Positions 49,090 to 57,826 of a stretch of 64,000 nucleotides of DNA are shown piece after piece (position 1 is the first letter of the stretch; each line of letters opens with the position of its first letter). Where the stretch lies: NCBI GenBank assembly GCA_050251055.1, contig JBFWNL010000011.1, forward strand, positions 32,001 through 96,000. The letters run 5' to 3'. The position numbers and the translations under genes are program-made. The DNA comes from Bacteriovoracia bacterium. GTDB taxonomy: Bacteria; Bdellovibrionota; UBA1018; JBFWNL01. The notes under the pieces were generated by a model that ran no database searches, had not been told where the DNA came from, and saw only the letters and a program-made list of their open reading frames with translations.

Positions 49090-51334
49090 CTTCCTTTTTT
49101 TCCGACGTTATCTCGGGGGGAGGCGTCGAATTGGCTCGCTGGATGCGCTGCAAGTTCTCGATCTGCTTGGCGAGGTAGCGGCCCAAATTACCTAAACCCG
49201 ATGCATCCAAAACTACCGGATATCGGCTGGTTCGTAAAGGGATCTTAAAGCGGGGTCCGTACAAGATAAAATGCCGATGCTCCTGCTCGAAGATCTCCGG
49301 CGGATCGAGCGTCTGCAGGATCACCGTGCCTTCCGTCGAAAACGCGGACATCCCCGCGTAAAGCACGTCGTATCCACCGAAAATCCGGCTTGGCCACCCA
49401 AAGGCAATCCAATCCGCGATTCCGGGAAGGTTATTGTCCAAGTCCTCTCCCGCGAAGATCCGCACGAAATTCTTCATGGCGTCCGGGGAAAACACCACCT
49501 TGTAACGGCTATAGGGTTTCACCTGGACGCGGAAATCGTACTCCGCCGGGAACCAGGACTGAAACACCACGTCGTGGGCGTAGCCCTCCAGGGTCCCGTC
49601 CATTTCACCAAAGTTGGTCCAAGCCCCCAGCTGGTCCAGCCGAATGCTGCCCCAGTCGAGGTCGAAATGAACCTCAGGAACTTCCGTGTCGAAATCGTAG
49701 ACCGCGAGATTGCGTAAGATCACGAAGCCAGAAAAAAGCGTCGCCCGCGCCTCCCCTTGAATCTCGATTTCCGAGTCTCCGCCGCTCACGATTTGCACCG
49801 GACCAAAGTGAGCCCGTACGTCTCCGGGAGGCACCCGCGCGGGATCCACGCAAAACTTCTCCGCGAGCGCCGCGAGAGGGATCGCATTCAAAGCGAAGGA
49901 CCCGCCGAGCTTCGCCTGTCGACCCCAGCTCGCCGAAATGGGACCGACCTGGATGGGCAACTCCGTTTCGGGGGCGCGTAGGGGTAGGTTTTTCACGACT
50001 TTAAAGGTTCCCACGGTCGGCGCGCCCGCCACGTAATCCACGCTGAAATCGATCGGGGTCTTATCCAGAGCGGCCACCCATCGGAACGCACGTAGCCGCG
50101 CCACCGATAGAACCGGTTGCGACGAGAGTGAGAACCGTGCGCCGTTCTGGCGAACGGTGAACGGAGCCCGAAGCTCAATTCCCCGCGCGCCGGCTTTCGC
50201 CTTGGGAAGCAACACCCCCAACTCTCGAATCGCCAGCCGACCGCGGCCCCGCACATCCGCCAACGCTCCCGTCCGCAGCCGGGCTTGAGCTTCGCCGGTG
50301 AAATCCAAAACGCCGCTCTCTAGACGCCAATCTTCGGCGGCCTCGACCCCTAACATTTGCTGCGCGCGCGCGAGCGAGGCCGCCACCGGCAGGGCGGGCA
50401 CCCGCCAACTGGCCCGCAGCTCGCCCTCCCCACTCGCCGCGAAGGACAGTTTCGCGGCGCGGGAGCCGGGTCCGATCTCCATTTCGCCACGCTTCACCGG
50501 TAAAACCGAAGCCTCGTCACGGCCAAAGAGCTCGGCCCGGAGGCGTACGGGAAAATCCGCCAGCCCCAAATCAAAATACTTGGTCCCCCAGAGGATCTCC
50601 GCCTTCTGCGCTCCCGCGGAAAGCACCACTTCACCCACCTGCAAGGCTGGTTCGAACGCAAGCGGCGCCTTGGCCTCTGCACGCAAGCTGGCCGCCTGTA
50701 CCAAGTGTTCGCCCGCGGCATCGCTCCAGCCCGCCGCGCCCAGCGTCAGCTTCAGGTCTAATTGCTCCTTCGCCCAGCTCGCCTGCAAATCCAAGCCTTC
50801 GGCCGAGACATTCCAAAGGCGCCATCCCCACTTCGAACTTGCCGCTTTGAATCCGAATTCCGTGAGGGCCGATACCTTTTTGATCTTCAAAAGATCGAGC
50901 AGGGACTCTAGCTTGCGCGATCCACGCAGCCAAAATTCCAACTCGACGGGATCCGAGACCTCTCCCGGGCCTCCCTTCCGCGCCGCGGGTTCCACGGTAG
51001 CCCGCGCGGGATAGAGGACGGCAAACGCGCGCTCGCTGCCGAAGCTCTTTAACTGCAATGGTCCCGATAGGCGCACTCGCCACGGCCCCCAACGCAAGAC
51101 CAGGCGCAACCCGTCTAGGTGGCCTTTGAGGACGTCGCTCAACTCAGTGTCGAACTTTGCACTTTCGACGATAAAGGGAAGGTGCGGTTGTACCTCACGC
51201 AGGAAGGCCTCCACCGCGCGCTGCTTCACCCACGCGGAAAGCGCGCCTTGCCGCCAAGCCACGACCAGCCCGAGGGAAGCCACGAGAAAAAACACGCTCG
51301 CGACGACGGCGACTTTGCGGATGCGCGGCCTCAT
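49046..51334 (-). CDS. YdbH/AsmA-like periplasmic bridge protein
   Basis: N-terminal TM anchor, long beta-rich body, LFSG..FGEMDGTLEG motif; immediately upstream of the YdbL-like gene. Confidence 0.6.
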   Translation of the reverse strand: MRPRIRKVAVVASVFFLVASLGLVVAWRQGALSAWVKQRAVEAFLREVQPHLPFIVESAKFDTELSDVLKGHLDGLRLVLRWGPWRVRLSGPLQLKSFGSERAFAVLYPARATVEPAARKGGPGEVSDPVELEFWLRGSRKLESLLDLLKIKKVSALTEFGFKAASSKWGWRLWNVSAEGLDLQASWAKEQLDLKLTLGAAGWSDAAGEHLVQAASLRAEAKAPLAFEPALQVGEVVLSAGAQKAEILWGTKYFDLGLADFPVRLRAELFGRDEASVLPVKRGEMEIGPGSRAAKLSFAASGEGELRASWRVPALPVAASLARAQQMLGVEAAEDWRLESGVLDFTGEAQARLRTGALADVRGRGRLAIRELGVLLPKAKAGARGIELRAPFTVRQNGARFSLSSQPVLSVARLRAFRWVAALDKTPIDFSVDYVAGAPTVGTFKVVKNLPLRAPETELPIQVGPISASWGRQAKLGGSFALNAIPLAALAEKFCVDPARVPPGDVRAHFGPVQIVSGGDSEIEIQGEARATLFSGFVILRNLAVYDFDTEVPEVHFDLDWGSIRLDQLGAWTNFGEMDGTLEGYAHDVVFQSWFPAEYDFRVQVKPYSRYKVVFSPDAMKNFVRIFAGEDLDNNLPGIADWIAFGWPSRIFGGYDVLYAGMSAFSTEGTVILQTLDPPEIFEQEHRHFILYGPRFKIPLRTSRYPVVLDASGLGNLGRYLAKQIENLQRIQRANSTPPPEITSEKKEDENEKDRQCFDPNF

Positions 51335-52209
51335 GTCGCGAAAGGCACTCCGAGCCTACGGGGCGCGCGGGCCTGGCCCACGAAACCGGCCAGTACCAGC
51401 ACGGTCACCCAATACGGCAGGATCTGGATGAACTGCACGGGTACGTGAAACTCCGCCAGAAAGCTCGCCCCTTGTAGTTGCATCTGAAGCGCATCGAAGA
51501 ATCCGAAAAGCACGCACGCTAATGCCGTGGGTACCGGGCGCCACTTACCTAAGATCAACGCGGCGAGCGCCATGAAACCCCGGCCCGCCGTCATATCCTT
51601 GGTGTACGACGAAGAAAGGCACATTGAGAGCGTAGCTCCACCCAGGCCGGCCAGGACCCCGGCGGCCAGTAGCGCCCCCCAGCGCACCCGTTTCACGCTC
51701 ACGCCCGCGGCATGGAGGGACTCGGGACTCTCGCCCGCGAACTGCAACCATAATCCCGATCGGGTCCAACGTAGCCAAGCGGCCACGATCGAAAGCGCGA
51801 TCCATCCCATCACGAGCGGAGCCAACGTAAAACGCTCCTCGATGGGAAGCGAAGGGGTCGAGGTCGTGGAATTAAACCAAAGCTTGCAGAGCACCGGCGG
51901 AACGCCGAAGGCAAGAAAGTTGATTGCGGTTCCCGCGACAATCTGGTCCGCGCGCCAACGAATTACGGTCACCCCGTAGAGGCCAGCCAGCGCCGCGCCA
52001 CCCGCGGCCGCCCCAAAGAGTCCCAATGTCGGCGAATGCGACCCCAAAGTCACGACCACCCCGCAAAACGCGCCAATCAACATCAAGCCTTCGAGTGCGA
52101 TATTCACCACGCCCGAGCGCTCGCTCAGCAGACCACCGAGCGCCGCAAAAAGCAGCGGCATCGACATCCGCATCGTGGAATCCAACAACGCTAAAAGGAT
52201 TTGGGTCAT
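51331..52209 (-). CDS. Nucleoside-type ABC transporter permease
   Basis: SERSGVVNIALEG, TAGRGFMALAALILGKW and APRRLGVP. Confidence 0.9.
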   Translation of the reverse strand: MTQILLALLDSTMRMSMPLLFAALGGLLSERSGVVNIALEGLMLIGAFCGVVVTLGSHSPTLGLFGAAAGGAALAGLYGVTVIRWRADQIVAGTAINFLAFGVPPVLCKLWFNSTTSTPSLPIEERFTLAPLVMGWIALSIVAAWLRWTRSGLWLQFAGESPESLHAAGVSVKRVRWGALLAAGVLAGLGGATLSMCLSSSYTKDMTAGRGFMALAALILGKWRPVPTALACVLFGFFDALQMQLQGASFLAEFHVPVQFIQILPYWVTVLVLAGFVGQARAPRRLGVPFAT

Positions 52210-53252
52210 ATGCTCGCCCGCTTCCCACTCGCTCGGACACGCCTACGTTCCAAAAAATCCCAAAGCCCCGGCGAGGCCGCGAACAGGATGATCAGCGCCT
52301 GCATGATCTGCGAAACGTCGCGAGTTACGTGCTGCGTTTCGAAATCCAAATCCCCGGTCGCCTTATGGAGCGCGCCAAAGAGCAGCGCGCACGGAATCAC
52401 GCCGAGTGGGCTACGTCGCGCAAGCAATGCCACCGCGATCCCGATAAACCCGTATCCCGGAGAAAATCCGGGCTTGAAACGATAGGCATTCCCCATAACT
52501 TCGATGAGCCCCACCAATCCCGCCAACGCGCCTACGGCGGTCATGCCCAAAATTCGCAGGCGATCAGTCGGTAATCCCGCCAGCCGCGCGGCCTCCGCGT
52601 TCTCCCCCAGGGCGCGGATCTCGTAGCCCAGCTTGCTCCGGCGCAAGAAAAAATGGAGCACCACCGCCGCGAGGAGCGCAAGATAGATCGCCGCCCCAAC
52701 CGGCGCGCCTTGAAAGAAGTCGTAGTGCCGCCACTGGAATCCCATCCCCACCACGCTCGTTTCCGGGTTCTGGCTCTCGGTGTTTTTCAGTAACTCCAAA
52801 GTCACCCAGCTCGCCAGTCCCGCCGCGATGAAATTGAGCATGATCGTGGTAATCACCTCGTGACTGCCGCGCCGAACGCGTAGCCAGCCCGCGATGAAAC
52901 CCCAAGCTCCGCCGCCTATCACCGCGGCGGAGAAGCCCGCGAGAAGCGCCAAGGCGGCCGGCAACCCGGGAAACGCGATACCGACCGCGGCAACCGCGAG
53001 CGCGCCCATTACCAGCTGCCCCTCCGCTCCGATATTGAACAAACCGACCTGGCTCGCGAAAACGACCGATAGCCCCGTAAATACGAGGGGAATGCTGTAA
53101 AACAGCGTCATCCCGAAGTCGTAGCGGGTACCGAAAACGCTTTTCACGAGTACGGTGAACACGTGCCAAGGACTTTCTCCGAGGAGCGCCGTCAGCGCGA
53201 TTCCGAGCGCCAACCCTAACGCCGCCGAGGCTGGATAGCGCCACGTCTTCAC
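52206..53252 (-). CDS. Nucleoside-type ABC transporter permease
   Basis: GLFNIGAEGQ, HEVITTIMLNF and GYGFIGIAVALL. Confidence 0.9.
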   Translation of the reverse strand: MKTWRYPASAALGLALGIALTALLGESPWHVFTVLVKSVFGTRYDFGMTLFYSIPLVFTGLSVVFASQVGLFNIGAEGQLVMGALAVAAVGIAFPGLPAALALLAGFSAAVIGGGAWGFIAGWLRVRRGSHEVITTIMLNFIAAGLASWVTLELLKNTESQNPETSVVGMGFQWRHYDFFQGAPVGAAIYLALLAAVVLHFFLRRSKLGYEIRALGENAEAARLAGLPTDRLRILGMTAVGALAGLVGLIEVMGNAYRFKPGFSPGYGFIGIAVALLARRSPLGVIPCALLFGALHKATGDLDFETQHVTRDVSQIMQALIILFAASPGLWDFLERRRVRASGKRASI

Positions 53253-54826
53253 GCGACCTCCGGAGCCGCGCCCGCCATGGCAAGTCCGAGCGACTTCTCG
53301 TCAAAGCGCGCGGGATCGTCGAACCGGGCCACGATCCGGCCGCCGTACATCACGACAATACGATCCGCCAGCCGCATGGCTTCCTCGAGCTCCGAGGTGA
53401 CGAGCAATATCCCGCTGCCCGCCTCGCGCGCTTCGATCAAGCGAGCGTGAATCGATTCGATGGCGCCGATGTCCACGCCCCGCGTGGGTTTGGCCGCGAT
53501 GATCACGCGCGGAAAGGCCCCTTTCGCCTTCCGCGCGAATTCGCGCGCAATGATCACTTTCTGCTGATTGCCGCCAGAGAGCGCGCGAATGGGGAGCTCC
53601 ACATCGCGGGGACGCACGTCCCAAGCCTCGTTCGCCGCCGCCGCCTCCGCCCGCACGGCGGGCCACGGCACGAGCTGGCCGGGAAGCGCGCGCTGGCGGC
53701 CTAACAGATAATTCTCGTAGACCGGCCGGTCCATCAGAAGTCCCTCGTAATGGCGATCCTCGGGAATGAGCGCGACATCAAGTTTTCTTACGTCCTGGCA
53801 CCGCCATCCGTTCGCCACTTCACCGAACCAGCTCACCTTACCCGCCTGGACCGCGCACTCGCGCGGAGACACGAGCAGCTCCACCAGCTCGCGTTGCCCA
53901 TTGCCTTCGACGCCCACGACCCCCACGATCTCGCTGGCCCGGACCGAAAGCCCGATGTCCGCAAGCTTCACCCGCTCCGGCAGACGGCCCGCGGCCGTCA
54001 CGCCGTCCAGCCGTAGATATTCGTCCCCGGCCACGGCTCGACGCGGAACCCGGTGGCCCAGGTCGACCGCGTGTCCAACCATAAGTTCCGCTAGCGCCGG
54101 AATGCTCGTTGCCGCCACGCGAATCCCCGCGGCCGGTTGGCCAGCTGGCCCGGTCGCCACACGGCCCCGGCTTATCACGGTCACCTCGTCGGCAATCGCC
54201 ATTACCTCTTTCAATTTGTGGGTAATCAAGAGGATCGTTTTACCTTCGGCTTTCAGTCGACGCAGGTTCGCGAAAAACGCGGTTACTTCGTCTGGCGTGA
54301 GCACGGCGGTCGGCTCATCTAAAATCAAGATACGGGCATCGCGGTAAAGCAGTTTCAGGATTTCCACGCGCTGCTGCTCACCAACGGAAAGATCCTCGAC
54401 CCAAGCATCGGGATCGAGCGCCAAACCGAAGCGCGTGCTCAGCTCGCGGATCCGTGCCCTCGCTTGCCCGCGGTCGACCACGCCAAAGCGCCCCGGCTCC
54501 ACCCCTAAGATGATGTTCTCGAGCACGGTATGGGGTCCCGCCAAGGTAAAGTGCTGGTAAACCATGCCGATGCCGGCCGCGATCGCATCCGCCGGCCCAC
54601 GCCACGTCCGGGATTGGCCTTCGACTCGGATCTCACCCTCGGTCGGCGAAATCTCCCCGTATAAAAGCTTCATCGCGGTCGACTTGCCCGCGCCGTTTTC
54701 TCCCACGATCGCGTGCACCGTGCCGCCGGTTACCCGCAAGTTCAGCGCGTGGTTGGCCACCACGTCGCCGAAGCGCTTGGTCACGTTGCAAAACTCAACG
54801 GCAATCGAGGGAGCCGCGCCGTGCAT
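53249..54826 (-). CDS. ABC ATPase with two NBDs (sugar/nucleoside type)
   Basis: GENGAGKST, LSVGEQQRVE, LSGGNQQK and PTRGVD. Confidence 0.92.
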   Translation of the reverse strand: MHGAAPSIAVEFCNVTKRFGDVVANHALNLRVTGGTVHAIVGENGAGKSTAMKLLYGEISPTEGEIRVEGQSRTWRGPADAIAAGIGMVYQHFTLAGPHTVLENIILGVEPGRFGVVDRGQARARIRELSTRFGLALDPDAWVEDLSVGEQQRVEILKLLYRDARILILDEPTAVLTPDEVTAFFANLRRLKAEGKTILLITHKLKEVMAIADEVTVISRGRVATGPAGQPAAGIRVAATSIPALAELMVGHAVDLGHRVPRRAVAGDEYLRLDGVTAAGRLPERVKLADIGLSVRASEIVGVVGVEGNGQRELVELLVSPRECAVQAGKVSWFGEVANGWRCQDVRKLDVALIPEDRHYEGLLMDRPVYENYLLGRQRALPGQLVPWPAVRAEAAAANEAWDVRPRDVELPIRALSGGNQQKVIIAREFARKAKGAFPRVIIAAKPTRGVDIGAIESIHARLIEAREAGSGILLVTSELEEAMRLADRIVVMYGGRIVARFDDPARFDEKSLGLAMAGAAPEVA

Positions 54827-54827
54827 G

Positions 54828-55829
54828 CTATTTTTTCTGGTGGTAGTAATCGGGCACCTGGAGTTTGCCCGACAGGATCGCGGCCCGAAAACCCTGCAGC
54901 TTCTTTAGCTCTTCCGCCGTAATCAGCGATTTATTGTATTGATCCATCGCCATGTCGATGCCGGAGTTACCGAGCCCGAAACGCTTGATACCGCCCGTGA
55001 ATTTCCCGTCCTTCACGTCCTGGCAGGCGTCGAAGACGGCGACGTCCACGCGCTTGAGCATGCTCGTGAGAATAAAGCCTGGCTTGATGTAGTTCTGATT
55101 CGAGTCCACGCCGATCGCGAGCTTTTTGGCCTCCTCGGCCGCATCGAAAAGCCCCATGCCCGAGGCCCCGGCGGCGCTGAAAATCACGGCCGCGCCGTTC
55201 TTGTATTGGGCGCGCGCCAGCTCTTTCGCGCGAGGCGGATCGTTCCAGGCGCCGGAGGTGACGCCCACGTAGTTCGTCAGCACCTCCATTTTAGGATTCA
55301 CGGCCTTCACGCCGTGCTCGTATCCCATCTGGAAGCGGCGAATGAGCGGAATGTCCATCCCGCCGATGAAGCCGACCTTCCCTCCCGACTTGGAGGCTTT
55401 CAGCGCCGCGATCGCGCCCATCAGGAATGAGCCCTCATGTTCTTGGAAGAGCAGCGAGCGGACATTGGGGAGGTTCACCTCCGCGTCCACGATGGCAAAA
55501 TGTTTTTGTGGAAATTGCGCGGCCACGGTTTTCACCGCGTCGGCCTGCCCCACACCGATGCCTACGATTAAGTCATAGTTACCGGTAGCGAACTTGCGCA
55601 GCATGGGTACGAACGCGTTGTCATCGGTGGCTTCCACGTACTTGAGTTGGATGCCCAACTCTTTTTCCGCACGCTGCACGCCTTCATACGCGGATTGATT
55701 GAAGGAGCGATCGTTTTTTCCGCCCCGATCGAACACCACACCCACCGTCACGGCCTGGGCGGAAATCCCACCCGCCGCCGCCATGAACGCACCCAATACC
55801 GCGAACCCCATGAGTTTTTTCATGCCCAC
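54828..55829 (-). CDS. BMP family substrate-binding protein (probably purine nucleoside)
   Basis: GGKNDRSFNQSA, IGVDSNQ and TSMLKRVD; Sec signal without a lipobox. Confidence 0.9.
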   Translation of the reverse strand: MGMKKLMGFAVLGAFMAAAGGISAQAVTVGVVFDRGGKNDRSFNQSAYEGVQRAEKELGIQLKYVEATDDNAFVPMLRKFATGNYDLIVGIGVGQADAVKTVAAQFPQKHFAIVDAEVNLPNVRSLLFQEHEGSFLMGAIAALKASKSGGKVGFIGGMDIPLIRRFQMGYEHGVKAVNPKMEVLTNYVGVTSGAWNDPPRAKELARAQYKNGAAVIFSAAGASGMGLFDAAEEAKKLAIGVDSNQNYIKPGFILTSMLKRVDVAVFDACQDVKDGKFTGGIKRFGLGNSGIDMAMDQYNKSLITAEELKKLQGFRAAILSGKLQVPDYYHQKK

Positions 55830-55858
55830 GTTCTAGCGGCGATGAGGAGGCCGGGCAA

Positions 55859-56743
55859 TCAATTTTCGTCTATTGATGCGGAGCGCGAAAACCGCTCCCC
55901 CAGGAGGAAACAAAGCGAATAAATTCCAGTGGAAGCGCTCGGCACCGCCTGCATTTGGACCGTGCGCATCATGAGTCTTTCCACGCCTTCGATCACCAAG
56001 CCCACTTGTTCAGCGGAAAGCTCGCGGGTCACCACTCCCCGCATGGCTCGTTTGGCCACGATATCTTCGTGCTTCAGCTTGCCGAGGAGGTTGTCCATAT
56101 TGTGACGAAGGTTTTGATTCCGCAGTCCAAAGAATTCTTCGTCGTCCGGAAAGTAAAACGTGCTCTTCGCCGCGGTCCACTGCTGCCGCTCGTGCTTGCC
56201 CGTCCCTTTCGCCCGGATCACGCCCAGGTCTGCCAGATCGGCCACACGCTTCGCGACTTTTTCCCGGGAAATTCCTAATGCGGCCGCGAGTTCTCCTTCC
56301 GAAATCCAATCCGGATAATAGGCACTGATGAAGGTGAACACGTCGCGGTAACTGGGATCAGACTCGAAGACTTTGAGATGGCTGCGGTTGAAGACGATCA
56401 CTTCGTCCAAATTCACGTTCGCCTGCGGAGCCGTGCGGGCCACTTGTCCCGGCCCGGCGGCGGGGGCCACGCCGGTAGACTGATCGATCAGGCGCTCAAG
56501 CGCAATCACCGAGGCATTTTCCTTCGCCTGGGACTGACACCATATAAGGATGCCTTGCATGAGAGGGATCTCGAGGCGTTCCATGATGAGGACCGCCTGA
56601 TCCAGACTCGGCAGCTGCTCCCCCGATTCATAACGCGAATACTGGGGATAACTGATCTTTAAGTCCACCTGCTGGCCAAATTGACGGGCTGAACGGTACT
56701 TTTCAGATCGTGTTTTTTTTAGTAATTTCGCAAAGTTATTCAC
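55859..56743 (-). CDS. XRE HTH regulator with wHTH/DUF4423-like C-terminus
   Basis: ISYPQYSRYESGEQLP XRE helix, second HTH ELAAALGISREKV; probable GTG start at 56743. Confidence 0.75.
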   Translation of the reverse strand: MNNFAKLLKKTRSEKYRSARQFGQQVDLKISYPQYSRYESGEQLPSLDQAVLIMERLEIPLMQGILIWCQSQAKENASVIALERLIDQSTGVAPAAGPGQVARTAPQANVNLDEVIVFNRSHLKVFESDPSYRDVFTFISAYYPDWISEGELAAALGISREKVAKRVADLADLGVIRAKGTGKHERQQWTAAKSTFYFPDDEEFFGLRNQNLRHNMDNLLGKLKHEDIVAKRAMRGVVTRELSAEQVGLVIEGVERLMMRTVQMQAVPSASTGIYSLCFLLGERFSRSASIDEN

Positions 56744-56750
56744 GACGCAT

Positions 56751-56864
56751 TGCAATATTGCACACATTGATAAATATTGCCAGAAAAATCACTTTTCGCA
56801 TTGACGAAATATATGCAGCGCGTTATCAATGGCGCGTCACGAAATAGCCATATTGGCAATGTTG
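56751..56864. promoter_or_regulatory. Divergent control region with multiple palindromes
   Basis: TGCAATATTGCA (56751-62); CATTGATAA/TTATCAATG inverted pair; AATATTGCCA/TGGCAATGTT inverted pair; TTGACG at 56801. Confidence 0.6.
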
Positions 56865-56883
56865 TATTTGGGGAACTGAACTA

Positions 56884-57741
56884 ATGGAAATCGTGCATTT
56901 CATTCCACCCACTCAGAGACGGCTGGCCTTGCTCGCCGCTCAGACCGACTCGGCGCCGGTCCTCATTTGCGGCGCCAGCGGCACGGGTAAGGGCATCATC
57001 GCCCGCTGGGTGCACGCCAACAGCCCCCGCTCCGGCAAGCTCATCATGTCCGCATCCCGTGAAAAGGCGCTCGGCGCTCAAATCGCGGAAGCGCAAGGTG
57101 GCACCTTGGTGGTCGGCGAAATCGGCAGCTGGCCACTGGGCGAACAAAAGACGCTTTTGAATTATTTGAACACGAAATCAGTGGCGCATCCGGACGGCAA
57201 CGGCACGCGCATGCTCGTCAACACGCGCATCATGGCCACCACCAGTCAGGCGCTCGAAGGCCGCGCCCAAGGCGGACTCTTCAACGCCGAGCTGCTGGGT
57301 AAGCTCAACGTGTTCCGCCTGGAAATGCCGGAGCTCGCGGAGCGCACCAACGAGCTCAACGATATCATCCGCGGCATCCTGGGCGAAATCACCCGCGAGC
57401 TGCACAAAGAGCACCTCAAGGATTTCTCCGCCGACGCCTGGACGAAATTGAAAGATTATCACTGGCCGGGCAACCTGCGCGAGTTGCGCAACGTGCTTCG
57501 CGTCGCCACGATCACCGCCCAGGGCGACCAGATCGAAGCCACCGATATTCCCGATTTTGATCACGATCGCATCGACTTCCGCGCCACGCGCGAAGAGTTC
57601 GAGAAGGTCTACATCATGGAGTTACTGAAAACGTTTAATTGGCAGTTTGATAAAACGTGCCGGATCAGCCGTATTGATAAGGATGTCCTGATGGGCAAAA
57701 TTAAAAAATACGGCATCACGATTCCCGCACCTTTATCGTAG
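56884..57741 (+). CDS. Degenerate sigma54-interaction-type AAA+ protein with Fis-like HTH
   Basis: GASGTGKG and WPGNLRELRNV present; no GAFTGA, Walker B reads VVGE, no sensor domain. Confidence 0.8.
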   Translation: MEIVHFIPPTQRRLALLAAQTDSAPVLICGASGTGKGIIARWVHANSPRSGKLIMSASREKALGAQIAEAQGGTLVVGEIGSWPLGEQKTLLNYLNTKSVAHPDGNGTRMLVNTRIMATTSQALEGRAQGGLFNAELLGKLNVFRLEMPELAERTNELNDIIRGILGEITRELHKEHLKDFSADAWTKLKDYHWPGNLRELRNVLRVATITAQGDQIEATDIPDFDHDRIDFRATREEFEKVYIMELLKTFNWQFDKTCRISRIDKDVLMGKIKKYGITIPAPLS

Positions 57742-57793
57742 CCGCTTCTGGGAGCCCGTCCCCCCATTCCCCCCCTAGGGCTCCCAGAAGCGG
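57742..57793. terminator. 16-bp perfect hairpin with C-rich 20-nt loop between convergent genes
   Basis: CCGCTTCTGGGAGCCC ... GGGCTCCCAGAAGCGG; weak U-tract. Confidence 0.5.
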
Positions 57794-57826
57794 TGATTTT
57801 TAAGATCAAGCCGACGACCTGGCCGA

